Counted from the first letter of the stretch, positions 25,654 through 38,231 are shown. The stretch is DNA of 49,346 nt from Limnochordia bacterium (GCA_050944915.1 JBMNRY010000002.1:1-49346); one strand, 5' to 3'. Notes: generated by a model from the letters alone, not told the origin. A program made the numbers and translations.

Positions 25654-26685
25654 ATGGAGAAACGGGTTCTCTCCAATGATCATTGGCCCGAAGAAATAGA
25701 GTTAGAAGCCAGTTTGCGGCCCCGTCAACTGACCGAGTTCATCGGCCAGAAAAAGGTCGTAGAGAATCTGCAGATTTTCATCGCCGCGGCCAAGCAACGA
25801 CGGGAAGCTTTAGATCATGTGCTCCTCTACGGCCCCCCCGGTTTGGGCAAAACTTCCCTGGCCCATATTATCGCCGGGGAGATGGGTGTGGGCATTCGAA
25901 CCACGTCGGGACCGGCAATAGAAAGGACGGGAGATTTAGTCGCCCTATTGAGTAATTTAGAACCGGGGGAAGTCTTATTCATCGATGAAATTCATCGGCT
26001 CAATCGGGCGGTGGAGGAAGTCCTCTATCCCGCCATGGAAGACGGAGTCGTCGATATCATGATCGGCAAAGGCCCCGGGGCCCGTTCGGTGCGGTTGGAA
26101 CTAAATCCCTTTACCCTGGTGGGAGCCACCACCAGAGCGGGGATGTTAACCTCCCCGTTAAGGGATCGTTTTGGAGTCATTAGTCGGATGGACTTTTACG
26201 AACCGGAGGAATTACAAGCCATTATCAGCCGCTCCGCACAAATCCTGGGGGTGGAGATCGATGGAGAAGGAGCCCTCGAGTTGGCCAGCCGGTCCCGGGG
26301 GACCCCCCGGGTCGCCAACCGATTGTTAAGAAGGGTGCGGGATTTTGCTCAAGTTCAAGGGACGGGTAAAATCACCGGGCCCATGGCTCGCCAGGCCTTG
26401 GAAATGTTGGAAGTCGATCCCTTAGGCCTCGATGGGACCGATTGTATGTTGTTGCGGACGATTATCGAAAAATTCGACGGAGGGCCCGTCGGTTTAGATA
26501 CCTTGGCGGCGGTGATCAATGAAGCCAAGGATACTATTGAAGATGTCCATGAGCCCTATTTGCTTCAGAAGGGGTTTCTCCAGCGGACTCCCCGGGGACG
26601 GGTGGCTACCCGGCGGGCTTATGAACATTTCCGGTTACAATACCAGGGAGAACTTTTTGAGGAGGGCTGGAAATGCCGGAATTAG
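25654..26685 (+). CDS. ruvB: Holliday junction DNA helicase RuvB
   Basis: LRP..L.EFIGQ, Walker [12 protein letters not shown], Walker [10 protein letters not shown] and [16 protein letters not shown]. Confidence 0.95.
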   Translation: MEKRVLSNDHWPEEIELEASLRPRQLTEFIGQKKVVENLQIFIAAAKQRREALDHVLLYGPPGLGKTSLAHIIAGEMGVGIRTTSGPAIERTGDLVALLSNLEPGEVLFIDEIHRLNRAVEEVLYPAMEDGVVDIMIGKGPGARSVRLELNPFTLVGATTRAGMLTSPLRDRFGVISRMDFYEPEELQAIISRSAQILGVEIDGEGALELASRSRGTPRVANRLLRRVRDFAQVQGTGKITGPMARQALEMLEVDPLGLDGTDCMLLRTIIEKFDGGPVGLDTLAAVINEAKDTIEDVHEPYLLQKGFLQRTPRGRVATRRAYEHFRLQYQGELFEEGWKCRN

Positions 26686-26897
26686 GTCGGCTGTTCATCA
26701 CCTTAGGCATCGTTCTAGTTGCCGTAGGAGCCTTAATGAGCTTTGCCGGTCGTCTGCCCTTTAACCTGTTTCGGCTGCCGGGGGATATTTTCATCCGAAG
26801 GGAAGGTTTTACCTTTGTTTTCCCCATTACCAGCAGCATACTCATCAGCATCATTCTTTCCCTTTGCTTTTACCTCTTCCGCCGTTTCGGCGGATAA
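26673..26897 (+). CDS. DUF2905 family small membrane protein
   Basis: 74 aa with the LPGDI.I.R..F.F.FPI.S pattern typical of DUF2905. Overlaps the end of ruvB. Confidence 0.7.
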   Translation: MPELGRLFITLGIVLVAVGALMSFAGRLPFNLFRLPGDIFIRREGFTFVFPITSSILISIILSLCFYLFRRFGG

Positions 26898-26934
26898 ACC
26901 TGTAAACAGACGGGTAATCTAGTGCAGAGAAGGG

Positions 26935-27672
26935 ATGTTATTGGCCCTTTATCGAACGGAAGGTATAGTTTTGCGGACCCGAAATTTGGGGGAAGCCGAT
27001 AAAATCGTCACCTTGTTGACTAAGGATGAAGGGAAAATCCGGGCAGCCGCTTCCGGAGCGCGGCGGATGCGCAGTCGATTACTAGCCTTATGCCAACCCT
27101 TTGTCCATGGGAAGTTTCTTCTCTTTCGGGGCAAGAATCTTGACCGACTCAGTCAAGGGGAGCTTCTTAACCCTTATCGAGTATTGCGGGAAGATTTGTC
27201 GACCATGGCTTTAGCCGCTTATTTTGCGGAACTGGTCGATGTTTTCCTGGAAGAAAGGGATCCCCATGAAGACCTTTTCTTGCTATTAGCCAATACCTTC
27301 ACTTGGTTGGCTGATATGGGACCAAGTACGACTTTAGCCCGTTACTTCGAACTCCACTTGTTGAGTTACACCGGGTATCGACCTCAACTGGACCGCTGCG
27401 TCGGTTGTGGGGCCCCAGGAGAGGGTTTTAGTGTGGAGCGGGGCGGTATGGTTTGCAGCGCTTGTCAACCTTCGGGAGTTCCCCTTTTGAGTCCAGGGAC
27501 CTGGGAGATGTTACGCCAGTTGGCCCGAGGCCGGCTCAGGATCGTAGGGATCTTAAAACCTTCGGAAAGCATCAGCCGGGAAATGGAAGGGGTTTTAAGT
27601 TCCTATATCAGTTTCCACGGCCAGCGGCCCATAAAATCGGTAGATTTCTTACGCTCCATCGGAGGAGGTTAG
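26935..27672 (+). CDS. recO: DNA repair protein RecO
   Basis: N-terminal OB-fold pattern (EGIVLRTRNLGEADKIVTLLT) and a zinc motif CVGCG...CSAC. Confidence 0.85.
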   Translation: MLLALYRTEGIVLRTRNLGEADKIVTLLTKDEGKIRAAASGARRMRSRLLALCQPFVHGKFLLFRGKNLDRLSQGELLNPYRVLREDLSTMALAAYFAELVDVFLEERDPHEDLFLLLANTFTWLADMGPSTTLARYFELHLLSYTGYRPQLDRCVGCGAPGEGFSVERGGMVCSACQPSGVPLLSPGTWEMLRQLARGRLRIVGILKPSESISREMEGVLSSYISFHGQRPIKSVDFLRSIGGG

Positions 27673-27675
27673 GCT

Positions 27676-28059
27676 ATGGGTAGTTTCGATGAACTGGAGA
27701 AGATCGACATCCTGCGTCGACGGGCTAATTTAAGTTATACCCAAGCGAAGGAACTCCTCGACGCAGCCCAGGGGGATATCGTCCAGGCCCTGGTTTTGGC
27801 GGAGCAGGAGGGCAGCGGTCTTTCGGAAGAATTGGAAGCTAAAGGCCGGGAGGCCCTCGGACGGGCCCAAGATCTTTTGAAGAAGGGCAATCGGGTGCGG
27901 TTACGGGTCCGCCGAGGAGAAGATGTATTGATGGATATTCCGGTGGCGGCCGGTTTGTTAGGTACCGCCCTCTTGCCTAAACTGGCTTTGTTGGGTGGTG
28001 TGGCTTGTATTGCCACCAAGTGTAGTCTAGAAGTGGTGAAAAAGGACGAAGAAGACTAG
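27676..28059 (+). CDS. DUF4342 domain protein with an N-terminal UBA/EF-Ts-N-like segment
   Basis: The segment LSYTQAKELLDAAQGDIVQALV is followed by the DUF4342-like region (VRLRVRRGEDVLMDIPVAAG). RBS GGAGGAGG. Confidence 0.6.
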   Translation: MGSFDELEKIDILRRRANLSYTQAKELLDAAQGDIVQALVLAEQEGSGLSEELEAKGREALGRAQDLLKKGNRVRLRVRRGEDVLMDIPVAAGLLGTALLPKLALLGGVACIATKCSLEVVKKDEED

Positions 28060-28087
28060 TTGACAGTTGGGTGCAGATTAGGTACTA
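28059..28087 (+). promoter_or_regulatory. Sigma-A promoter of the glyQS leader
   Basis: TTGACA, a 17-nt spacer, then TACTAT. Confidence 0.7.
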
Positions 28088-28094
28088 TATGGTA

Positions 28095-28310
28095 GGTTAA
28101 TATGGTTGACGGCGATGAATAAGCAGATGGTAAGATTTGGGTATAGCCAGCGAATCCGGGTGGGTGGGAGCCGGATCTATACTGCTTACCAGGGCACTTG
28201 GGAGCCGGAAGTCAAAGGAGGGGGCGCCGACGGCGCCAATCAGGGTGGAACCGCGGAAGGATACCTTTCGTCCCTGGTCAGCAGACCAGGTTCGAAGGGT
28301 TTTTGATTTT
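28095..28310 (+). promoter_or_regulatory. T-box leader riboswitch (glycine-specific) controlling glyQS
   Basis: Stem I K-turn GCGATGA and an AGCGAATCCGGG element. Candidate GGC specifier at 28193-28195 followed by A. Conserved T-box AATCAGGGTGGAACCGCG at 28238-28256. A long terminator stem (28263-28300) is followed by TTTTT. Confidence 0.85.
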
Positions 28311-28325
28311 TAAGGGGGTGTTGCT

Positions 28326-29210
28326 ATGAATTTGCAAGAGATGATTTTGACTCTCCAAAGCTATTGGGCCCAGCAAAATTGTCTAATCCAGCAACCTTAT
28401 GACATGGAAGTAGGCGCCGGGACGATGCATCCGGCTACCTGTTTGTGGGTGCTGGGACCGGAGCCTTGGAATGTGGCCTACGTCCAACCATCTCGTCGTC
28501 CTGCCGATGGGCGCTATGGAGAAAACCCCAATCGCCTCCAGCATTATTATCAATACCAAGTCATCATGAAACCGTCGCCCGATAATATCCAGGAGTTGTA
28601 CCTGGAAAGTCTGCGGGCCCTAGGCATCCCACCGGAAGAGCACGATATCCGCTTTGTGGAAGATGACTGGGAATCACCAACCCTTGGTGCCTGGGGGCTC
28701 GGGTGGGAAGTCTGGTTAGATGGCATGGAGGTTACCCAATTCACCTATTTCCAACAGGTTGGTGGGATCGATCTTAACCCCGTGGCTGTGGAGATTACCT
28801 ACGGGGTCGAAAGATTAGCCATGTTCATCCAGAAAAAAGACAGCCTATTTGATCTAGAATGGGTGGGCGATGTCACCTATGGCGATGTTTTTCAGCATAA
28901 TGAGTTAGAGTACTCCCGTTACAATTTCGAAATCGCCGATGTGGCCACCCTGTTTAAGCTCTTTGATATGTACGAAAGGGAAGCGGAAGCAATCCTCGCC
29001 CAAGATGTGGTCCTTCCGGCCTACGATTATGTCTTAAAGTGTTCCCATACCTTTAACCTCCTCGATGCCCGGGGGGCTATTAGTGTCACGGAACGGACCG
29101 GTTACATCGCCCGGGTGCGAAATCTGGCCCGTCGTTGTGCAGAAAAATTCCTAGCTCAGCGGGAAAGGCTAGGTTTTCCCTTATTGGCAAAAGGTGGTGC
29201 AGAGGCATGA
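28326..29210 (+). CDS. glyQ: Glycine--tRNA ligase alpha subunit
   Basis: Highly conserved GlyQ sequence (LQSYWA...[35 protein letters not shown]). Confidence 0.95.
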   Translation: MNLQEMILTLQSYWAQQNCLIQQPYDMEVGAGTMHPATCLWVLGPEPWNVAYVQPSRRPADGRYGENPNRLQHYYQYQVIMKPSPDNIQELYLESLRALGIPPEEHDIRFVEDDWESPTLGAWGLGWEVWLDGMEVTQFTYFQQVGGIDLNPVAVEITYGVERLAMFIQKKDSLFDLEWVGDVTYGDVFQHNELEYSRYNFEIADVATLFKLFDMYEREAEAILAQDVVLPAYDYVLKCSHTFNLLDARGAISVTERTGYIARVRNLARRCAEKFLAQRERLGFPLLAKGGAEA

Positions 29211-31270
29211 AGCAAGATCTCCTGTTCGAAATCGGTTTAGAAGAACTGCCGGCGCGGATGGTTGATTCGGGCATGGCCAATCTCAAAGCCAAGGGAGAGG
29301 AACTCCTGGCGGAATACCGCCTGGACCACGGGGAAATCATGGTTTGGGGTACACCCCGCCGTTTGACCCTCTATGTGCGGGATGTGGCTTGCCGCCAGGC
29401 CGATTTAGTAGAAGAAGCCAAGGGACCGGCCAAGAAGATCGCCTTCGATGAAGAGGGTCGACCGACCAAGGCGGCCATCGGTTTTGCCAAAGGTCACGGT
29501 ATCCCTTTAGAAGACTTGGAAGTCCGAAGTCTGCCCCAAGGGGAGTATGTCTTTGCTCAAATTAAGAAGGCGGGCCTACCGGCCATCGATGTTTTGCCCC
29601 AGTTTTGTACCCGGTTGATCGATTCCCTATCCTTTCCCAAGAATATGCGCTGGGGAAGCTATGATTACCGCTTCGCCAGGCCAATTCGTTGGCTGGTAGG
29701 TCTTTTCGGTGATCAGCTGATCCCCTTTAGCGTCGCCGGTGTGGATAGCGGGCGGACCACCAGAGGCCATCGCTTTATCCACCCTCAACCGGTAGAGCTG
29801 ACAAGGCCCGATGAATACCTTGAAGTGTTGGAAAGGGCTGGCGTCTTGGTCGATCCCCAATTACGCCGGGAGAGAATTAAGCAACAAATCGAAGAGGCGG
29901 CCCAGGAGGCCGGTGGCCAGGTTCTGCTCGATGAAGATTTGTTGGCCGAAGTGACGAACTTGGTCGAGTATCCCCGGGCCATTTGGGGGGAATTCGATGC
30001 CAGTTATTTGAGCCTGCCCCGGGAGGTATTGATCACTCCCATGCGGGAACACCAACGCTATTTCCCCGTCCTCGATGGGCAAGGTCGGCTCCTTAATCGC
30101 TTCATCACCGTGGCCAACGGTCAAGGGGACCGGCAAAAGGTCCGTCAGGGTAATGAAAAGGTTCTCGCTGCTCGCTTGGCCGACGCTCAGTTTTTCTGGG
30201 AGACCGATCAGCGCCTACCTTTGGCCGATTACGTGGAACGGTTGGACCAGATTGTATTCCAAGAGGAATTGGGTACCGTTTACGACAAAGTCCAACGGGT
30301 CCAATCCTTAGTTGATAAATTGGCTGCGGAGCTTAAGGTTGGCCAGGAGACCAAAGGGATCGCGATCCGGGGTGCCTATTTAGCCAAGGCCGATTTGGTG
30401 ACCAATATGGTCGGTGAATTTCCCGAATTACAGGGGGTCATGGGCCGTGAATACGCCCTCAGGTCGGGAGAATCCCCGGAAGTAGCCCAGGTAGTCTATG
30501 AACACTACCTACCCCGGTGGTCCGGAGACCGGCTGCCGGAAAGCACGCCCGGCGCTATAGTGAGCATCGCCGATAAACTAGATACCATCGTCGGCTGCTT
30601 TGCCATCGGCTTGCTTCCCACAGGCTCCCAAGATCCCTATGCTTTAAGGCGGCAGGCCTTAGGTATTATCAACATCATGTTGGAGCAGTCTTTAGATGTT
30701 TCCTTGCCTTCGTTGATTAAGCTGGCGGCGGCGGGATACGACCGGACCATCGAGGCCAGTTCTGTAGAAGAGGTTCATCGGTTCTTTATGGGCCGTTTGC
30801 GGGGTATTCTCTCGGAACGGGGTGTTCGCTACGATGTTATCGATAGCGTTATCGCCGTCGAGCAGGAACATCTACCCCAAATCATCGCTCGCACGGAGGC
30901 CATCCAACAGGTCCTGTCTGCTCCAGAATTCGAAGTTTTGCTGACCGCTTGTCAGCGGGTGGGCAATTTGGCGTCCAAAGCCGAGGACGAACAGCTCGAT
31001 CCCCAGCTTTTCCAAGAACCGGAAGAAGTGACTTTATATGAAAGCTATCTAGATATTCGAAGCAAGGTAGAAAAGGCTGTAAGTGGGCAAGATTATAGGG
31101 GAGCTTTGCAGGTATTGGCTCAACTCAAGGAGCCCATCAATGCCTTTTTTGATGCGGTCTTGGTTATGAGCGATGATCCGGCCATCCGCAAGAATCGACT
31201 AGCTCTGCTCAAGGCACTGACAAACCTTTTCCAGCGGATCTGTGATTTCAGTCTCATTGTCGGAACATGA
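29207..31270 (+). CDS. glyS: Glycine--tRNA ligase beta subunit
   Basis: [17 protein letters not shown]-terminus. ATGA overlap with the glyQ stop. The ORF-track start at 29135 lies inside glyQ. Confidence 0.95.
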   Translation: MKQDLLFEIGLEELPARMVDSGMANLKAKGEELLAEYRLDHGEIMVWGTPRRLTLYVRDVACRQADLVEEAKGPAKKIAFDEEGRPTKAAIGFAKGHGIPLEDLEVRSLPQGEYVFAQIKKAGLPAIDVLPQFCTRLIDSLSFPKNMRWGSYDYRFARPIRWLVGLFGDQLIPFSVAGVDSGRTTRGHRFIHPQPVELTRPDEYLEVLERAGVLVDPQLRRERIKQQIEEAAQEAGGQVLLDEDLLAEVTNLVEYPRAIWGEFDASYLSLPREVLITPMREHQRYFPVLDGQGRLLNRFITVANGQGDRQKVRQGNEKVLAARLADAQFFWETDQRLPLADYVERLDQIVFQEELGTVYDKVQRVQSLVDKLAAELKVGQETKGIAIRGAYLAKADLVTNMVGEFPELQGVMGREYALRSGESPEVAQVVYEHYLPRWSGDRLPESTPGAIVSIADKLDTIVGCFAIGLLPTGSQDPYALRRQALGIINIMLEQSLDVSLPSLIKLAAAGYDRTIEASSVEEVHRFFMGRLRGILSERGVRYDVIDSVIAVEQEHLPQIIARTEAIQQVLSAPEFEVLLTACQRVGNLASKAEDEQLDPQLFQEPEEVTLYESYLDIRSKVEKAVSGQDYRGALQVLAQLKEPINAFFDAVLVMSDDPAIRKNRLALLKALTNLFQRICDFSLIVGT

Positions 31271-31439
31271 ATTTTTTTCTCGGGAAAGAAGGAATGTCGG
31301 TCTAAGGCTAGAATATAACTGGGGTGTTATTTCCAAATCAGGCAGTTTTTGGCCGAAGAGGCCAATTGCAAATATGTTGGGAAGAATATGAGGCGAGAGC
31401 TTAGCTCTCAGCCAAAGCAAGGAAGGGAGAGGAACTAGG

Positions 31440-34073
31440 GTGAGTACGAAATGGGTTTATTATTTCGGACAGACCGAGGTTGAAGGTTCTGGCGAGATGC
31501 GGAACCTCCTTGGCGGTAAAGGTGCCAACCTAGCAGAAATGTTTGCAATAGGTATCCCTGGCGCCCCTGGCTTTACCATCACCACCGAAACCTGTATTAA
31601 GTTCTACGATTCTGGTCGTCAATGGCCCGAAGGCTTGGAAGAACAAGTTAAGGCAAATCTGGCTAAATTGGAAGCCGAAATGGGCGTCAAATTCGGCGAT
31701 CCTAATGACCCCTTGTTGCTGTCTGTTCGTTCCGGGGCTAGGGTTTCCATGCCCGGTATGATGGACACCGTTTTGAACTTGGGTCTGAATGATACCACCG
31801 TAGCTGGTCTGGCTAAGAAAACCGGAAATGAACGGTTTGCTTACGACTGCTACCGGCGCTTCCTCCAGATGTACGGCGACGTCGTTATGGGTGTCGACCA
31901 CGACCTCTTCGAAGGCGCCATCGCAGCCCTGAAGGAAAAGAAGGGCATCGTCAGCGACCTGGATATGGATGTCAATGACCTGAAACAGTTGGCCGAAGAA
32001 TTTAAGTCCATCATTAAGGAAAATGCTGGCGAATCCTTCCCTGAAGAGCCTTTCGAACAATTGAGAGGCGCAATCAACGCGGTATTCAACTCCTGGTTTA
32101 ACCCCCGGGCCGTTCGCTACCGCGAAATCAACGATATTCCTGGACACTGGGGAACTGCTGTTAACATTCAAACGATGGTCTTCGGTAACATGGGCGAAGA
32201 CTGCGGTACCGGTGTTGCCTTTACCCGGGACCCGGCAACGGGCGAAAACGTATTCTACGGCGAGTATCTGATCAACGCCCAAGGGGAAGACGTTGTAGCC
32301 GGTATTCGGACCCCCGAACCGATTTCCAAGTTGCATGAAATCATGCCCGAAATTTACGACCAGCTGTTGGATATCCGTGCCAAGCTGGAAGAACACTACA
32401 AAGAAATGCAAGACGTAGAGTTTACCATCCAAGAAGGTAAACTATACATGCTGCAAACCCGGGCCGGTAAGCGGACTGCTACCGCTGCGGTGAAAATCGC
32501 CGTCGATATGGTCGATGAAGGCCTCATCGACAAGGCTACAGCTATCACCCGGGTTCCTGCTGAACAGCTGGACCAGTTGCTCCACCCGATGATTGATGCG
32601 AACACCAAGTATGATGTCTTAGCTACCGGTTTGCCTGCTTCCCCAGGTGCTGCTGTAGGTAAGGTAGTCTTCACCGCTGAAGATGCCGAAGCATGGGCAG
32701 CTCGGGGAGAAGAAGTCATCCTGGTGCGGACCGAAACTTCTCCGGAAGATATCGGTGGTATGCACGTAGCCGTCGGTATTCTCACCTCCCGCGGTGGTAT
32801 GACCTCCCACGCAGCCGTTGTCGCCCGGGGTATGGGTAAGTGTTGTGTGGCCGGGGCTGGTGCCCTGCAGGTCAATGCCGATGAAAAGTTCTTCCGTGTG
32901 GGCGATGTTACCGTTAAAGAAGGCGATGTCATCACCTTGAACGGTACTGCCGGTGAAGTAATCCTCGGCGAAGTTAAACTGGTTGAGCCCCAGTTGACCG
33001 GTGACTTCGGTCGCCTCATGGAGTGGGCCGATGAATTCCGCTCCTTGCAGGTACGGACCAACGCCGACACTCCCCACGATGCCGAAGTCGCTCGCGGATT
33101 TGGCGCCCAAGGTATCGGTCTGTGTCGGACTGAGCATATGTTCTTTGCTGAAGACCGGATTTCCGCCGTACGGCAGATGATCCTAGCTAACGATGAAGAA
33201 GGCCGCCGCCGAGCCCTCGCCTTGATCCTCCCCTTCCAACGGGAAGACTTTGTTGGCATTTTCAGGGCTATGGACGGTCTACCGGTAACCATCCGGCTCC
33301 TTGACCCGCCGCTGCACGAATTCCTGCCCCAGGAAGATAGTGCTATTGACGCTCTGGCCAAGGAAATGGGCGTTACTGCCGCCGATCTCAAAGCCAAGGT
33401 TGCCAGCTTGGAAGAGTTCAACCCCATGCTCGGCCACCGTGGTTGCCGCTTAGGCATCACCTATCCTGAAATCTATGAAATGCAAGCTCGGGCCATCTTC
33501 GAGGCTGCTGTTCAGCTAACTAAAGAAGGCGTAAAGGTCTATCCCGAAGTCATGATCCCCTTGGTCGGAACCAAACGGGAACTGGCTATCTTGAGGGAAA
33601 AGGTCGTTGCCGTTGCTGAGAAGGTCATGGAAGAAGCCGGTGTGAAGGTGGACTACCTGGTCGGTACCATGATCGAAGTACCTCGGGCCGCCCTCGTTGC
33701 CGATAAGATCGCTGAGGTCGCCGACTTCTTCTCCTTCGGTACCAACGATATGACCCAGATGACCTTCGGTTTCAGCCGCGACGACGCCGGTACCTTCTTA
33801 GACGACTATATCAGCCAGGGTATCTTGGAAAAGGATCCCTTCCAGACCTTGGACCAAGCTGGTGTTGGCGCTCTAGTTGAAGTCGGTGTCCAAAAGGGAC
33901 GGCAGACCAAGTCGGACCTGAAGATCGGTATCTGTGGTGAACATGGTGGCGATCCTGCCTCCGTCGAGTTCTGCCACAAGGTTGGCATGGACTACGTAAG
34001 CTGCTCACCCTTCCGTGTACCGATTGCCCGCTTGGCAGCTGCCCAAGCTCAGGTGAAGGCACCTCGGAAGTAG
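31440..34073 (+). CDS. ppdK: Pyruvate, phosphate dikinase
   Basis: 877 aa with [11 protein letters not shown], the phospho-His motif [15 protein letters not shown] and the C-terminal PEP-utilising motifs ([20 protein letters not shown]). Confidence 0.95.
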   Translation: MSTKWVYYFGQTEVEGSGEMRNLLGGKGANLAEMFAIGIPGAPGFTITTETCIKFYDSGRQWPEGLEEQVKANLAKLEAEMGVKFGDPNDPLLLSVRSGARVSMPGMMDTVLNLGLNDTTVAGLAKKTGNERFAYDCYRRFLQMYGDVVMGVDHDLFEGAIAALKEKKGIVSDLDMDVNDLKQLAEEFKSIIKENAGESFPEEPFEQLRGAINAVFNSWFNPRAVRYREINDIPGHWGTAVNIQTMVFGNMGEDCGTGVAFTRDPATGENVFYGEYLINAQGEDVVAGIRTPEPISKLHEIMPEIYDQLLDIRAKLEEHYKEMQDVEFTIQEGKLYMLQTRAGKRTATAAVKIAVDMVDEGLIDKATAITRVPAEQLDQLLHPMIDANTKYDVLATGLPASPGAAVGKVVFTAEDAEAWAARGEEVILVRTETSPEDIGGMHVAVGILTSRGGMTSHAAVVARGMGKCCVAGAGALQVNADEKFFRVGDVTVKEGDVITLNGTAGEVILGEVKLVEPQLTGDFGRLMEWADEFRSLQVRTNADTPHDAEVARGFGAQGIGLCRTEHMFFAEDRISAVRQMILANDEEGRRRALALILPFQREDFVGIFRAMDGLPVTIRLLDPPLHEFLPQEDSAIDALAKEMGVTAADLKAKVASLEEFNPMLGHRGCRLGITYPEIYEMQARAIFEAAVQLTKEGVKVYPEVMIPLVGTKRELAILREKVVAVAEKVMEEAGVKVDYLVGTMIEVPRAALVADKIAEVADFFSFGTNDMTQMTFGFSRDDAGTFLDDYISQGILEKDPFQTLDQAGVGALVEVGVQKGRQTKSDLKIGICGEHGGDPASVEFCHKVGMDYVSCSPFRVPIARLAAAQAQVKAPRK

Positions 34074-34101
34074 CCCTCTGCTTTAATAGAAGTTGAGGCT
34101 G

Positions 34102-34136
34102 GAAACCCGTGCTCAACAGCGCGGGTTTCTTTCTCC
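34102..34136 (+). terminator. Rho-independent terminator after ppdK
   Basis: Stem GAAACCCG/CGGGTTTC followed by TTTCT. Confidence 0.7.
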
Positions 34137-34161
34137 CCAAAGGCGATGGGAGGTGGGGCCA

Positions 34162-35163
34162 TTGTGGAAACGGGAAGACCGGCAACGATGGGAGAGGAAA
34201 CATCTTTCTCCACGGGCCTGTATCACTACCCGGGGCCGTATGTACCAGGAGCGGGAATGCGATTATCGAACTCCTTTCCAAAGGGACCGGGATCGGATCA
34301 TCCATTGTAAAGCCTTTCGCCGTCTGATGCATAAGACCCAAGTCTTTATCGCCCCAGAAGGTGATCATTACCGGACCCGGTTGACCCATACCCTGGAAGT
34401 CAGCCAAATCGCCCGCACCGCAGCCCGGGCCTTAGGTCTCAATGAAGACTTGACGGAGGCCATCGCCCTTGGTCATGATCTTGGACACACCCCCTTTGGA
34501 CACGCGGGGGAGGCCACATTAAACGATTTGGTACCCGGCGGATTCTCCCATAACCAGCAAAGTCTGCGGGTGGTCGATGTTCTAGAGGAAAAGGATCCTG
34601 CCTACCGGGGGTTGAATCTCACTTGGGAAGTGCGGGATGGTATTCTTAACCATACGGGCCCCCAGATGCCGGCGACCTTGGAAGGACAGATCGTAAAACT
34701 CTCCGATCGGATCGCCTATATTAACCATGATATAGATGATGCTTTACGGGCAGGGCTCATTACCTTGGAGCAGCTGCCCTCTCCGGCTTTAGAGGTTCTC
34801 GGCCGAGATCATTCCCAGCGGATCGATAGGATGATCCGGGATCTGGTGGAATACAGTCAAGATCGGGGTTATATAGCTATGAGCCCCCCGATTTGGGAAG
34901 CAACAAATCTGTTGCGGGATTTTCTTTTTGCCCATGTTTATGTAGGTTCGGCGGCTAAGCAAGAGGAAAGCAAAGTCCGGGATACCTTATCAAGGCTTTA
35001 TGTATTCTATGTGGAGAACCCCCAGGAGCTGCCGGAGTATATTCAGGCCGTTCCCGTGGAACCCGGGCGCGATCGGGCGGTAGATTATATCGCGGGGATG
35101 ACCGATCGGTTTGCTATGGCCGATTATGTGGAAAAATTTCTTCCCCAGGGTTGGCGTCGGTAA
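34162..35163 (+). CDS. dGTPase-like HD-domain phosphohydrolase (deoxyguanosinetriphosphate triphosphohydrolase family)
   Basis: Motifs RT.FQRDRDRIIH, FRRL..KTQVF, HYRTRLTHTLEV and LGHDLGHTPFGH. The TTG at 34162 lies 8 nt after GGGAGG and downstream of the ppdK terminator. The ORF-track start at 34093 is inside that terminator. Confidence 0.85.
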   Translation: MWKREDRQRWERKHLSPRACITTRGRMYQERECDYRTPFQRDRDRIIHCKAFRRLMHKTQVFIAPEGDHYRTRLTHTLEVSQIARTAARALGLNEDLTEAIALGHDLGHTPFGHAGEATLNDLVPGGFSHNQQSLRVVDVLEEKDPAYRGLNLTWEVRDGILNHTGPQMPATLEGQIVKLSDRIAYINHDIDDALRAGLITLEQLPSPALEVLGRDHSQRIDRMIRDLVEYSQDRGYIAMSPPIWEATNLLRDFLFAHVYVGSAAKQEESKVRDTLSRLYVFYVENPQELPEYIQAVPVEPGRDRAVDYIAGMTDRFAMADYVEKFLPQGWRR

Positions 35164-35220
35164 AAAGGGCAGGAGTTGGAGTTTTGCTGTCGAATGGTGT
35201 ACCGACATGGGGGGAGTTAA

Positions 35221-36984
35221 ATGGCGGCCAAGATTGCCCAAGAAGTTATCGACGAGATCCGGGATAGTTGTGATATCGTCCAACTGATTGGCGATTACGT
35301 CCGTTTACAAAAGAGTGGTAAGAGTTTTAAAGGGTTATGTCCCTTTCACAATGAACGGACTCCGTCTTTTAACGTCAACGGCGAAAAGGGACTTTACTAT
35401 TGTTTCGGTTGTGGGGCCGGGGGAGATATAATCAACTTCGTCATGGAGATGGAAAAACTCTCCTTTGGGGAAGCCGTCGAGTTTTTAGCTCGACGATTTG
35501 GACTTCCATTGCCCGAAGCAAGTCCCCAGAGGGATGATGGTCGTGATGAGCTTTTAGCCATCTGTGCCAAAGCGACGGAGTTTTACCAACGCTGTCTTTG
35601 GGAAAGCCCTAGGGGAGAAGTCGCCCGGCGATATTTACAAAAGCGAGGTATCGCGGCTACAACGGCCCGGGAATTTCAATTGGGATTCGCCCCCTACGGG
35701 CGAGGTTATTTATGGAACTACTTACGCAAGGCTGGTTACAGCCTCCAGGCAGCTGTTGAAGCGGGCCTTGTGGCCATCGGTCGGCGTAATACACCCTATG
35801 ATCGCTTCCGCAATCGGTTAATCTTTCCCATCGCCAATCGGCGGGGCCGGGTTATTGGATTCGGCGGCCGGGCTTTGGGAGAGGGAGGCGGACCTAAATA
35901 CTTAAATAGTCCCGAAACACCGTTGTTTAACAAAAGGAAAATCCTCTACGGTCTTCACTTAGCCCGCAAGGGTATGCGTAGTAGTGAGGAAGCCATCATC
36001 GTGGAGGGTTATATGGATGTCATTGCCCTTCATCAAGCAGGTCATAAGGAGGCAGTCTCCAGCTTGGGTACCGCTTTGACGGAAGACCAAGTGGAGCTCT
36101 TACGCCGGGAGACCAGGCGAGCTCTAATCGCCTATGATGCCGATGCCGCAGGACAGAAGGCCACCTTGCGGGGACTGGAAGTCTTGGAAAATAAAGGAAT
36201 GGACGTGCGGTTAATCGAATTACCAAAGGGCGAGGATCCCGACAGCTTTGTGAGCAAGGGTGGAGATTTTGCTAGTTTGCGTCGCCATGCCCTGCCCCTC
36301 ATCGATTACCGCTTAAAATTGGCGATCGGTGCTCAACCGAAAGACCCAGCCTCCCGGGCCGAGGCCGTTCAGCGGGTAATACCTATCTTGGCGGGGATTA
36401 ATAATGTGGCCGTCAGAGAAGTCTATGTAGGGGCAGTAGCAGAGCGATTAGGCATCTCCGGGGCGGCCTTAGGGACAGAATTAGAGAAATATAAGGGAAA
36501 ATCAGGAAAGACAAGCAGGTATAGGCATACAACGGAGCAAACTAGTTATAATAGTAAAGACGCCATGGCCGACCCGCCTTTGGTGGAGATGGAGTTGGTC
36601 AGGCTTATGTTGGAGAATCCCCAATTGGTGGATCAGGTAGCCGAGAAGGTTGGAGTTGAGGATTTTACCCATGCCGGCTTGCGCCACATCGTGGCCAAGA
36701 TCCTTCAGCGCCGGGCCGCCGGTTATACCACTCTGCCCCAGGATATTGCCCAAGACGCGCAGGTCCATGCCAGCGGCATCCTGGCCCATCTTGTTCGGGA
36801 AGAACCCGGTTTGGCCACCAAGGAAATCTTGGATAATTGTATCCTTAGGATGAAACAATACCGTTTGAGCGCAATTTTGGCATCCTTGGAGAAGGAACTG
36901 GGTAAAGAAATTGATTCGGTAAGATTTTTAGATTCTCTTTTAATTCGGTACAAGGATTTGAAGGATAGTATAGGGAATTGTTAA
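35221..36984 (+). CDS. dnaG: DNA primase
   Basis: Zinc finger [13 protein letters not shown]....[11 protein letters not shown] and TOPRIM motifs (EGYMDVI, YDADAAG). Confidence 0.95.
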   Translation: MAAKIAQEVIDEIRDSCDIVQLIGDYVRLQKSGKSFKGLCPFHNERTPSFNVNGEKGLYYCFGCGAGGDIINFVMEMEKLSFGEAVEFLARRFGLPLPEASPQRDDGRDELLAICAKATEFYQRCLWESPRGEVARRYLQKRGIAATTAREFQLGFAPYGRGYLWNYLRKAGYSLQAAVEAGLVAIGRRNTPYDRFRNRLIFPIANRRGRVIGFGGRALGEGGGPKYLNSPETPLFNKRKILYGLHLARKGMRSSEEAIIVEGYMDVIALHQAGHKEAVSSLGTALTEDQVELLRRETRRALIAYDADAAGQKATLRGLEVLENKGMDVRLIELPKGEDPDSFVSKGGDFASLRRHALPLIDYRLKLAIGAQPKDPASRAEAVQRVIPILAGINNVAVREVYVGAVAERLGISGAALGTELEKYKGKSGKTSRYRHTTEQTSYNSKDAMADPPLVEMELVRLMLENPQLVDQVAEKVGVEDFTHAGLRHIVAKILQRRAAGYTTLPQDIAQDAQVHASGILAHLVREEPGLATKEILDNCILRMKQYRLSAILASLEKELGKEIDSVRFLDSLLIRYKDLKDSIGNC

Positions 36985-37046
36985 ACCCTAGCCCTATTAG
37001 ATCAATAAAGGCCGCAAAGTGTGTTGACCGGAAGGGGGGAGAAAAG

Positions 37047-38141
37047 GTGAGCGAAAAGGAATTGTCCAGCATCGAATCCCTTAAGGAATTGATCAGCCGG
37101 GGGAAAAAGAAAGGTGCTGTTAGCTACAAAGAAATTATGGATGCCTTACAGGATGTAGATTTGTCCCCTGAGCAAATCGATGAGATTTATGAAGGCTTGG
37201 GCAGAATGGGTATCGATATTCTACACGACAGTGTTGAAACCGATGATCCAGATGAAGAATCGGAGAATGGTGAGGCCAGTTCAGATGTCAGCCTTCTAGT
37301 TCCTGAAGGGATCGGTCTCGATGATCCTGTACGCATGTACTTGAAAGAAATCGGGCGAGTACCCCTTCTGACGGCCGAAGAGGAAGTAGAGTTAGCCAAG
37401 AAAATAGAACAAGGTGATGAGTGGGCCAAACGGCGTTTAGCCGAAGCCAATTTGCGTTTGGTGGTCAGTATCGCCAAGCGATATGTGGGCCGGGGGATGC
37501 TATTTTTGGATTTGATCCAGGAGGGCAATTTAGGTCTGATTAAGGCCGTAGAGAAATTCGACTATCGCAAGGGCTATAAATTCAGCACTTACGCCACCTG
37601 GTGGATTAGACAGGCCATTACCCGGGCGATCGCGGATCAGGCCAGAACGATCCGGATCCCCGTCCATATGGTGGAGACCATTAATAAGTTAATCCGGGTC
37701 TCACGGCAATTATTGCAAGAGCTGGGTCGAGAGCCGACTCCTGAAGAAATTGCGGCGGAGATGGACTTACCTGCGGAGCGAGTGCGGGAGATTATGAAGA
37801 TCGCCCAAGAACCAGTGTCTCTGGAAACTCCCATCGGTGAAGAGGAAGACAGTCATTTAGGCGACTTCATTGAGGACCAAGACGCACCAGCCCCTGCAGA
37901 GGCGGCATCCTTTATGATGCTGAAGGAGCAGCTGGAGGAAGTCTTGGAAAGCCTCACACCTCGAGAAGAAAAGGTGTTGCGCCTCCGTTTTGGCCTTGAT
38001 GACGGTCGAGCCCGGACCCTGGAAGAAGTTGGACAGGTCTTCGGTGTGACCAGGGAGCGGATCCGTCAGATTGAGGCTAAGGCCCTACGCAAACTGCGCC
38101 ATCCAAGCCGCAGTAAGAAACTAAAAGATTTCTTAGAGTAG
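37047..38141 (+). CDS. rpoD: RNA polymerase primary sigma factor (sigma-A / RpoD)
   Basis: Region 2 ([27 protein letters not shown]), region 3 and region 4.2 ([29 protein letters not shown]). GTG at 37047 after GGGGGGAGAAAAG. The ORF-track extension to 36978 overlaps dnaG. Confidence 0.95.
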   Translation: MSEKELSSIESLKELISRGKKKGAVSYKEIMDALQDVDLSPEQIDEIYEGLGRMGIDILHDSVETDDPDEESENGEASSDVSLLVPEGIGLDDPVRMYLKEIGRVPLLTAEEEVELAKKIEQGDEWAKRRLAEANLRLVVSIAKRYVGRGMLFLDLIQEGNLGLIKAVEKFDYRKGYKFSTYATWWIRQAITRAIADQARTIRIPVHMVETINKLIRVSRQLLQELGREPTPEEIAAEMDLPAERVREIMKIAQEPVSLETPIGEEEDSHLGDFIEDQDAPAPAEAASFMMLKEQLEEVLESLTPREEKVLRLRFGLDDGRARTLEEVGQVFGVTRERIRQIEAKALRKLRHPSRSKKLKDFLE

Positions 38142-38188
38142 CTAGAAATTTGGGGGACTCCGTCGAGTCTACTTTCTCATAAAAGGAC

Positions 38189-38218
38189 TTGACTGGCTAG
38201 AGGTAAATACCTTATAAT
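38189..38218 (+). promoter_or_regulatory. Sigma-A promoter for the tRNA-Asn / tRNA-CAT pair
   Basis: TTGACT, an 18-nt spacer, then TATAAT, ending 13 nt before tRNA-Asn. Confidence 0.65.
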
Positions 38219-38231
38219 TGATGTGCAAGGT

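Noticed and set aside
31530-33460. Two very long antisense ORFs (300 aa and 354 aa) inside ppdK.
   Set aside because: They lie entirely opposite an unambiguous, highly conserved ppdK frame. Their composition is low-complexity and Ser/Arg/Pro/Gly-rich, and they have no RBS. This is the typical shadow-ORF artefact of GC-biased third codon positions.
33811-34407. A 198-aa minus-strand ORF spanning the ppdK 3' end, its terminator and the dGTPase 5' end.
   Set aside because: It crosses a rho-independent terminator and two conserved plus-strand genes. Pro/Gly/Ser-rich shadow ORF.
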